The notes under the pieces were generated by a model. That model saw only the letters and a program-made list of their open reading frames with translations. It was not told where the DNA came from and did not search any database. From a virus (taxonomy: Duplodnaviria; Caudoviricetes), in the IMG/VR virus record IMGVR_UViG_3300032092_000077, positions 1 to 40,924 of that record: a stretch of 40,924 nucleotides of DNA; one strand, 5' to 3'. The position numbers were made by a program, and so were the translations under genes. Numbering within the stretch: the stretch's first letter is position 1; each line of letters opens with the position of its first letter. This document shows positions 35,268-40,924 of this stretch, piece after piece.

Positions 35268-36613
35268 AACCCACCTTCGACCGCCCGTTACCCCACGCCG
35301 AGGCCGCCGAGCAAGCCGTCCTCGGGGCTCTGCTGCTTAACCCTGCCGACGCGGGCGCACTGGTGTTTGATCGCCTCCAGGAAACGGATTTCTACCTCGC
35401 CAAACACCAGGTCGTCTTTCGCCACATGGTGGCGATCTACGATGCCTTCAAGACGATTGACCCCGTCACCCTCGCCCAGCGGATGGCCGACGCGGGCGCG
35501 CTGGCCGAAGTGGGCGGGCCCGCTTACCTGGCCGATCTGAGTAGCAGCATCCCGACGCTGGCCAACCTGGAGGATTACATCACCCTGGTGGCCGACAAGT
35601 CCCTGTTGCGCCGCGCCATTGCCCTGGGCTGGTCCATGGCCGAGGGCGCTTTCAATAATGACGGCGACGTCGCGGGCTACCTCGACACCATCAGCCAACA
35701 GGTGTTTGACCTGGTGACTCATTCCCGGGCCACGGGCGGCCTGGTCAAGGCCAGCGCGCACGTGCCCGCGGCCAAAGCCCAGATCGGCCACGAACTGGAT
35801 TGCACCGGCGTTACCGGCCTCACCACGGGCCTCGATGACCTCGATGCGCTCACGGGCGGCCTCAAGCCGCGCACCAGCTACGTAGTCGCCGCCCGCCCCT
35901 CGGTCGGCAAGACTGCCCTGGGCATGAACATTGCCGAGCATGTCTGCTGCGATCTCGGTCTGGCCGTGGGCGTGTTCTCCCTGGAAATGGGCAGCATCGA
36001 GCTGCTCAAACGGCTGCTGTGTGCCCGCGCCCGGTTCAACGTCCGCCACGTCCGCGGCCTGCAAGATCCCGGCCCCGCGCTCAACCGCCTCACCGATGCC
36101 GTCGCCGCCGTCTCGGGCGCCCCGCTGTTTATTGACGATACGCCCCGGCTGTCGGTCCACCAGATCCGCGCCCGGGCTCGCCGCCTGCACGCCCGCCAAC
36201 CGCTCGGCCTGCTTGTCGTGGATTATCTCCAGCTGGTGCGGGCGGCCGACAACCCGCGCGAGTTCAAGGACAATCGCCAGGCCCAGCTCACCGAGATCTC
36301 CGCGGGGCTCAACGCGCTCAAGGTCGAGCTCGGCATCCCCGTGGTGGTCATGGCCCAGCTCAACCGCAACTCGGAGTTTCGCGAGACGGGCCTGCCGCGC
36401 CTGGCGGACCTGCGCGAGTCGGGCGCCATCGAACAAGATGCCGACGTCGTGATCCTGCTCCACCGCGAGCGCATCGAGGATTCCGCGGTACTCGGCTCCG
36501 ATGCCACGTTGATCGTGGGCAAACACCGCAACGGCCCCACCGGTGAGGTCAAGTCGTATTTCGACGGGCCGCACACCCGCTTTTGCAACGCCGCACGGGA
36601 GAATCGCGCATGA
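35264..36613 (+). CDS. dnaB: Replicative DNA helicase DnaB-like
   Basis: AEQAVLGALL, AARPSVGKT, FSLEM, VDYLQL, AQLNR, DLRESGAIEQDAD, KHRNGPTG. Confidence 0.97.
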   Translation: MKPTFDRPLPHAEAAEQAVLGALLLNPADAGALVFDRLQETDFYLAKHQVVFRHMVAIYDAFKTIDPVTLAQRMADAGALAEVGGPAYLADLSSSIPTLANLEDYITLVADKSLLRRAIALGWSMAEGAFNNDGDVAGYLDTISQQVFDLVTHSRATGGLVKASAHVPAAKAQIGHELDCTGVTGLTTGLDDLDALTGGLKPRTSYVVAARPSVGKTALGMNIAEHVCCDLGLAVGVFSLEMGSIELLKRLLCARARFNVRHVRGLQDPGPALNRLTDAVAAVSGAPLFIDDTPRLSVHQIRARARRLHARQPLGLLVVDYLQLVRAADNPREFKDNRQAQLTEISAGLNALKVELGIPVVVMAQLNRNSEFRETGLPRLADLRESGAIEQDADVVILLHRERIEDSAVLGSDATLIVGKHRNGPTGEVKSYFDGPHTRFCNAARENRA

Positions 36614-37071
36614 TCCAAACCTACCAGGTCCACGGTCACACGTACCGGTACTATCGGGCCAACCAAACGCACTGGTGCCTCGACGTGTCGCGGCATGATA
36701 CCGCCGACAACAACGGCGCCAAGTGGGAAGTGGTCTGCTACGATCGCGAGCCGCGCGCCGTCCGCGCCGCCCTGGTGGACGCCGTCCTCTCGGACCTGCC
36801 GCTGCTGCCCGAGCTCCGCTACACCGCCGTGATCACCGGCAAGTCCAGCCCGCGGGATTGCCTGCCCCACGCGGCCACGCTGCGCGGCCACGGGTTTACC
36901 TTCGTGGATCATGCCGGCATTCGGCCCGCCGAGTGGATCAAGCCCGACTGCGATTTCGGCGCGCTCAACGATGCCCGCGCCCTGGCCGCCACCCTCGGCC
37001 TGCGTTATCTGCGCCGCGCCGTGGCGCCGCGGCCCACCGCCGCCGCCGCCGTGATGGAAGGGAGGCTCTGA
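36610..37071 (+). CDS. Hypothetical protein
   Basis: ATGA overlap with dnaB. Confidence 0.7.
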   Translation: MIQTYQVHGHTYRYYRANQTHWCLDVSRHDTADNNGAKWEVVCYDREPRAVRAALVDAVLSDLPLLPELRYTAVITGKSSPRDCLPHAATLRGHGFTFVDHAGIRPAEWIKPDCDFGALNDARALAATLGLRYLRRAVAPRPTAAAAVMEGRL

Positions 37072-37077
37072 CTCACC

Positions 37078-37263
37078 ATGTCCCGCCTGATCAACCGCTC
37101 GGCTGTCCGCGCCCTGGTGCTATTCGAGGCCACCCAGCGCCATCAATGGCGTAACGGCGCCCGCGTGGCGTCCTCTCTCCTGGACAGCATCGAGGCCGAT
37201 CTGCGCGCCACCATCCAGCGCCGCATCGCCACCTATACCGGCAAAGGAAAAACTCTCCGATGA
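37078..37263 (+). CDS. Hypothetical protein (61 aa)
   Basis: GGAGG RBS; ATGA overlap downstream. Confidence 0.7.
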   Translation: MSRLINRSAVRALVLFEATQRHQWRNGARVASSLLDSIEADLRATIQRRIATYTGKGKTLR

Positions 37264-37508
37264 ACACCATGAAATGCAAACGATTCAAGGGATGGGGTCC
37301 GAGCGAAGTCGTACACTTGCGCGAGTCGACCTATAGCGCGGCTTTGCGGTCATCGCACGAGCGCCCGCCCAGGTTTCTCGATTCTGACGATGAGCGCACT
37401 TTCGTTTTGGTCTTGAACGTTGGCCAATGGCGCGAGGACCTCGGGGTGTATGCGTTCAGTGAAGTGATGTTGGCTGAGTACGAAGAATGCGAGGTTCGCA
37501 CACTATGA
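37260..37508 (+). CDS. Hypothetical protein, lower GC
   Basis: ATGA overlaps at both ends. Confidence 0.65.
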   Translation: MNTMKCKRFKGWGPSEVVHLRESTYSAALRSSHERPPRFLDSDDERTFVLVLNVGQWREDLGVYAFSEVMLAEYEECEVRTL

Positions 37509-37741
37509 ACCCCGCCACCGCCACTCAATCCCCGCCGCCGTCCGTCCCGGCCGCCCCCGACCCGCTGGATGCCTCGCTCTGCCGGCAAGGCCTGCGCGAA
37601 CTGCTCCGCACCGAGGCCCGTTGCCTGGGCCACTGCAAAACGTACCGCGGCGAGATCCGCGACTCGCTGGTCCGCTATTTCACCGCCCGCCTCAAACTGA
37701 TCGCCCAAACCTATCGCCGCCAACCCCAACCAGGAGCCTAG
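37505..37741 (+). CDS. Hypothetical protein
   Basis: ATGA overlap; GAGG RBS. Confidence 0.6.
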   Translation: MNPATATQSPPPSVPAAPDPLDASLCRQGLRELLRTEARCLGHCKTYRGEIRDSLVRYFTARLKLIAQTYRRQPQPGA

Positions 37742-37748
37742 TCCCCGC

Positions 37749-38381
37749 ATGAAACCACTCACCTTGGCCGAGTTCGCCGCGCTGCCCGCGTCGGCGTCGG
37801 TCTTGTATTTCGACACCGAGACCACCGGCAAAGCCGACTGGCGCGCGCCCGCGTCCGCCCTGCACCAGCCCCGCGTGGTCCAGATCGGCGCCGAGCTGCA
37901 CCGGGCGGACACCTGCCTGGCCATGTTCCACACGCTGGTGCAACCCGCGGGCTGGACCATCCCCGCCGAGGCCACGGCCATTCACGGCATCACCGATGCC
38001 ATGTGCGCCGCCGATGGTTTGCCCGGGCTGGCCGTGCTCAACGTGTTTGTCGGCCTCCTGTTGGCGGCGGACGTGGTGGTCAGCTTCAATTTGGATTTCG
38101 ACGCGCTCATGCTGGAGATCGAGGGTCATCACCACCAGCGGCCCGACCTGTGGCGCGACGTGCGCGGGTTCTGCGCCATGCGCGCCGCCACGCCTTATTG
38201 CCGTCTGCCTGGTCATCGGCCCGGCCAATACAAATGGCCCCGCCTGGCCGAGGCCCACCAGATCCTTTGCGGCACCCCGCTGGTCGGCGCCCACGGCGCG
38301 CTGGCCGATACCCGCGGCTGCCGCAACGTCACCCAGGCGCTCTGCCAACGCCAGCGCCAGAACCTCAACCCCCAACCCTAG
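37749..38381 (+). CDS. DEDDh 3'-5' exonuclease (DnaQ-like)
   Basis: FDTETTG, IHGIT, FNLDFD, AHGALAD motifs. Confidence 0.92.
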   Translation: MKPLTLAEFAALPASASVLYFDTETTGKADWRAPASALHQPRVVQIGAELHRADTCLAMFHTLVQPAGWTIPAEATAIHGITDAMCAADGLPGLAVLNVFVGLLLAADVVVSFNLDFDALMLEIEGHHHQRPDLWRDVRGFCAMRAATPYCRLPGHRPGQYKWPRLAEAHQILCGTPLVGAHGALADTRGCRNVTQALCQRQRQNLNPQP

Positions 38382-38395
38382 AAAGGTCCCGCCCC

Positions 38396-39016
38396 ATGCC
38401 CACCATGTCCTGCCCCCGATGTTCCAAAACCATCAACAAAATCGGCAGCCACCGTCATCTCCGGTTCTGCAAGGGCCCCGGCACACCCCCGCCCGTGCCG
38501 GTCGCCGCGCCCTTGGCCGCTGCCGTCGCCGCGCTGCGCGCGCAAACCCCTGCGGATCACCGGCGCGGCATGGCCACGCTGGAGTTTGGCGCGTTCCGCC
38601 GCGAGTTCGCGTTTGCCGACCTGGCCGATCTCCGCCTCCAGCTCACCACCCTCCAGTTCGAGCTCGCCGATTCCGCGCAACTACTCGGGATCGCCGCGTC
38701 TGGTGGAGCGGCGCCCCGGCAAAACGCCGACGCCGCGCCCGCCCTTGCCGCCAGCGCGGCCCGCCCCCGCCGCACCTCGCGGATTATCCGCACCGGAAAA
38801 CCCGCCACTACATCCGCCCCATCCGTCCCATTGGCCCTATCCGTCCCCTTGGCCCCCTCCGCCTCGATCACCGAGCGCGCCCTGGCCCGCTGCGAAGCCG
38901 AGCTGGCCAACCCGCTCACCAACGACGGCCGCCGCGCCGTGCTCCGCACCGAGATCGCCACGCTCAAAACCAAGCTCGCCACCGCCGCCGCCCAGGCCGC
39001 CCGCGCCAAGGAGTAA
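38396..39016 (+). CDS. Hypothetical protein with N-terminal zinc finger
   Basis: CPRC...H...C; GAAAGG RBS. Confidence 0.65.
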   Translation: MPTMSCPRCSKTINKIGSHRHLRFCKGPGTPPPVPVAAPLAAAVAALRAQTPADHRRGMATLEFGAFRREFAFADLADLRLQLTTLQFELADSAQLLGIAASGGAAPRQNADAAPALAASAARPRRTSRIIRTGKPATTSAPSVPLALSVPLAPSASITERALARCEAELANPLTNDGRRAVLRTEIATLKTKLATAAAQAARAKE

Positions 39017-39023
39017 CCCCGCC

Positions 39024-39272
39024 ATGCCCACCACCACCGCCCCGCCCGTCCCGCCGCCGCCCACCGCGCCGCTGCTGGACGACGTCCCCTACACCCCCGC
39101 CGAGATCGCCGCCTACCATCGCGTTTCGCTCTGGACCATCCAGCGCCGCATGGCCGAAGGCCTGCTGCCGTTTTCCGCCGATGGCCGCACCAAACGCATC
39201 ACTGGCGCTCAATACAAACAGTTCCTTGCCAACACCGCCCACGGTGCCAACGAGGGAGTGCAGCGACCATGA
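39024..39272 (+). CDS. Excisionase-like HTH protein; C-terminus encoded by attC 1
   Basis: YTPAEIAAYHRVSLWTIQRRMAEGLLP...RI MerR/Xis-type pattern; AAGGAG RBS. Confidence 0.75.
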   Translation: MPTTTAPPVPPPPTAPLLDDVPYTPAEIAAYHRVSLWTIQRRMAEGLLPFSADGRTKRITGAQYKQFLANTAHGANEGVQRP

Positions 39273-39353
39273 GCCAGCCGCCCAATGCCGCAGCGAATCC
39301 AGAACCAGCCCGGCGCGGCTGGCTCATGGTTCGTCTGCACCGACTTGTTGGCC
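39245..39353 (-). mobile_element. attC site 1 (cassette A, 39251-39543)
   Basis: Minus strand: GGCCAAC-AAGTC-GGTGCAGACGAACCATGAGCCAGCCGC...GCGGCTGGCTCATGGTC-GCTGCAC-TCCCTC-GTTGGCA. Confidence 0.88.
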
Positions 39354-39607
39354 GTCTTCGTGGCGTGCTGACAAACCGATTCGACGCCCAATGGGAGGAG
39401 TTCGGACGCATGACGGATGACCAACTACTCGACGAGTTTGAGCGCCTACTCGATGCGCCAACCCACAAAGAGACTGACCGCTTTCGGCGGCTCTGCTACC
39501 GCATGGCTTTGTGCTGGTGGTCAGAGCGAAGACTGACGGCCAACGTGGGAGTGCAGCCACGGCGTCGGACGCCGTTGGCTGACACGACTGGTTCGACGGG
39601 AGAATAA
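39269..39607 (+). CDS. Cassette A hypothetical protein
   Basis: Starts inside attC 1 (ATGA overlap) and reads through attC 2. Confidence 0.75.
   Translation: MSQPPNAAANPEPARRGWLMVRLHRLVGRLRGVLTNRFDAQWEEFGRMTDDQLLDEFERLLDAPTHKETDRFRRLCYRMALCWWSERRLTANVGVQPRRRTPLADTTGSTGE
39538..39597 (-). mobile_element. attC site 2 (cassette B, 39544-39815)
   Basis: Minus strand: GTCGAAC-CAGTC-GTGTCAGC-CAACGGCGTCCGACGCCGTG-GCTGCAC-TCCCAC-GTTGGCC; 60 bp. Confidence 0.92.
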
Positions 39608-39612
39608 CGGAA

Positions 39613-39849
39613 ATGGCTGCAATCAGAACCGCCTTAATCAAACGACAGGTCGGCAGTGCCAAGCTGAAACTGGCGCTGGCGAGCATAGACCTGAACAAAG
39701 AACGGAAAACCAGACGGACGTGGCGATACATCGCCTCACGGCTCCGGGAAGCGCAACGGCTAGTCGGCGCGGCAAAATGGACTGCGGAAGCCAATGCTAT
39801 CCGCACTCCGTCGAACATGAAAGCTGACGCACGGGAGCAGAGCCGATGA
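39613..39849 (+). CDS. Cassette B hypothetical basic protein
   Basis: GGGAG RBS after attC 2; stop inside attC 3. Confidence 0.75.
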   Translation: MAAIRTALIKRQVGSAKLKLALASIDLNKERKTRRTWRYIASRLREAQRLVGAAKWTAEANAIRTPSNMKADAREQSR

Positions 39850-39915
39850 CAACGCCCATCACGATAACCGACGCCAACGGCTCTGCTCCCGTTGTCGTCC
39901 AGCGTCTGGTTCGGC
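39810..39915 (-). mobile_element. attC site 3 (cassette C, 39816-40123)
   Basis: Minus strand: GCCGAAC-CAGAC-GCTGGACG-ACAACGGGAGCAGAGCCG...CGGCTCTGCTCCCGTG-CGTCAGC-TTTCAT-GTTCGAC. Confidence 0.9.
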
Positions 39916-40145
39916 AATCCTGCGTGCCATGCCCGTACTGCGGACAAGACGTACACAACGACTGGAAACCAAACTCGGAATACGTGCTGCGATGCCCGTA
40001 CCCATGCACACAACTCTTTGCGGTGCGAACGCACGGAGCAAGCGTCCACACGGCTAAGATAGACTGGCAAGGCGGTACTCTCTACTGGCTGCCGAATGTG
40101 ACCATCGCAGCGGTATTGCCGAACGCGGAGGTCAGCCATGAGTGA
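39846..40145 (+). CDS. Cassette C zinc-ribbon protein (copy 1)
   Basis: CPYC...CPYPC; starts in attC 3 and stops in attC 4. Confidence 0.8.
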   Translation: MTTPITITDANGSAPVVVQRLVRQSCVPCPYCGQDVHNDWKPNSEYVLRCPYPCTQLFAVRTHGASVHTAKIDWQGGTLYWLPNVTIAAVLPNAEVSHE

Positions 40146-40192
40146 AGCGAGTCCGACGAGCGCAACGAATTGGCTGCACCGTCTGGTTCGGC
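40118..40192 (-). mobile_element. attC site 4 (cassette D, 40124-40614)
   Basis: Minus strand: GCCGAAC-CAGAC-GGTGCAGCCAA...TGGCTGAC-CTCCGC-GTTCGGC. Confidence 0.82.
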
Positions 40193-40329
40193 GATTCCGT
40201 TGCGCGATGGGAATGCACCACTGGAAATACACCAGCGAGCGCGGATTTCGATACCGGAACTGCACCGGCTACTGTCAACTATCGCAGTACCAAAACGACA
40301 ACCGCCAATGGAAGGAAGTGCCATTTTGA
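40138..40329 (+). CDS. Cassette D ORF1, Cys/His-rich
   Basis: GGAGGT RBS and ATG inside attC 4; C..G.H.W...C...C motif. Confidence 0.75.
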   Translation: MSEASPTSATNWLHRLVRRFRCAMGMHHWKYTSERGFRYRNCTGYCQLSQYQNDNRQWKEVPF

Positions 40330-40331
40330 CG

Positions 40332-40445
40332 ATGAGCGCCCGCAGCAAAACAGTCTCGCGATGGGTAGAATGCCTATCGGCATCGGGGTGTGTGTCAACA
40401 AAGAGTGACACCGGGAGGTTGCTCATCTCCAATCACGAAAGGTAA
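40332..40445 (+). CDS. Cassette D ORF2 (37 aa, uncertain)
   Basis: Fills the gap between ORF1 and ORF3 with 2-nt spacing at each side. Confidence 0.4.
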   Translation: MSARSKTVSRWVECLSASGCVSTKSDTGRLLISNHER

Positions 40446-40447
40446 TA

Positions 40448-40648
40448 ATGGACAAGGAACACATCTGCGCCAACTGCCAATGGTACAAACGCGACTACGG
40501 CGTGTTCACGGCTACCGGCTGGACAGGCATGGACAGGAACAAAGGCCAGTGCAACTACGAGCCGCGCCCGATACGCAAGGACGGCAAAGACTGGTGCGCT
40601 CGCTATACGCCGAACATGAAAGCTGACGCACGGGAGCAGAGCCGATGA
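40448..40648 (+). CDS. Cassette D ORF3, Cys-rich
   Basis: GAAAGG RBS; CANC...GQC...WC; stop inside attC 5. Confidence 0.75.
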   Translation: MDKEHICANCQWYKRDYGVFTATGWTGMDRNKGQCNYEPRPIRKDGKDWCARYTPNMKADAREQSR

Positions 40649-40714
40649 CAACGCCCATCACGATAACCGACGCCAACGGCTCTGCTCCCGTTGTCGTCCA
40701 GCGTCTGGTTCGGC
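40609..40714 (-). mobile_element. attC site 5 (second copy of cassette C, 40615-40922)
   Basis: Identical to attC 3 except in the R' box (GTTCGGC vs GTTCGAC). Confidence 0.9.
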
Positions 40715-40924
40715 AATCCTGCGTGCCATGCCCGTACTGCGGACAAGACGTACACAACGACTGGAAACCAAACTCGGAATACGTGCTGCGATGCCCGTAC
40801 CCATGCACACAACTCTTTGCGGTGCGAACGCACGGAGCAAGCGTCCACACGGCTAAGATAGACTGGCAAGGCGGTACTCTCTACTGGCTGCCGAATGTGA
40901 CCATCGCAGCGGTATTGCCGAACG
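40645..40924 (+). CDS. Cassette C zinc-ribbon protein (copy 2), continuing across the circular junction to a TGA at 199-201
   Basis: Identical to copy 1 up to ...LPN, then GGVELPRPTRLAPTTGSQLNKEKP through attC 6. Confidence 0.75.
   Translation, partial: MTTPITITDANGSAPVVVQRLVRQSCVPCPYCGQDVHNDWKPNSEYVLRCPYPCTQLFAVRTHGASVHTAKIDWQGGTLYWLPNVTIAAVLPN

Noticed and set aside
39797-40869. Minus-strand ORFs as the true cassette genes in canonical orientation
   Set aside because: They lack RBS and do not respect cassette boundaries, whereas the plus-strand ORFs have RBS, coupled starts and coherent Cys motifs.
40798-40924. Biological terminal repeat of the virion DNA
   Set aside because: Its length of 127 matches a typical assembler k-mer and it falls inside a duplicated cassette, far from the packaging genes.
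39812-40924. Diversity-generating retroelement template/variable repeat pair
   Set aside because: The copies are identical with no adenine-specific differences, and no reverse transcriptase was recognised.

Overview
The window looks like a complete circular temperate phage genome of about 40,797 bp. Bases 1-127 repeat at 40798-40924, which is probably assembler overlap. It is GC-rich and podovirus-like, with no tape-measure or tail-tube gene recognised. A minus-strand late operon (32663 to 5718) holds terS, terL, portal, a tRNA-like gene, scaffold, major capsid, signal-peptide-bearing accessory proteins, lysis-like membrane genes, adaptor and tail proteins, internal virion proteins and a 2349-aa polyvalent protein. 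Next come a 5 x 33-bp palindromic array and a divergent pair of ribbon-helix-helix regulators. A plus-strand early operon carries a replication initiator, DnaB, a DEDDh exonuclease and an excisionase-like gene. There is also a phage tyrosine integrase with a putative attP, and a ParB / PolX / sigma-region-4 block. Two systems stand out. (1) A complete integron is built into the early operon: an IntI-type integrase, attI and six attC-bounded cassettes, one of them duplicated. Cassette genes run antisense to the attC polarity, all cross the recombination point in the same frame, and take their stop codons from the next cassette. (2) An atypical tRNA has an initiator-like acceptor stem and anticodon loop UU-AGU-CA. 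It is complementary to a GACTAAC motif that follows a perfect AGGAGG in front of two structural genes lacking a normal start codon. This suggests phage-directed initiation at ACU or +1 recoding. Functional calls come from motif recognition by eye, not database searches.
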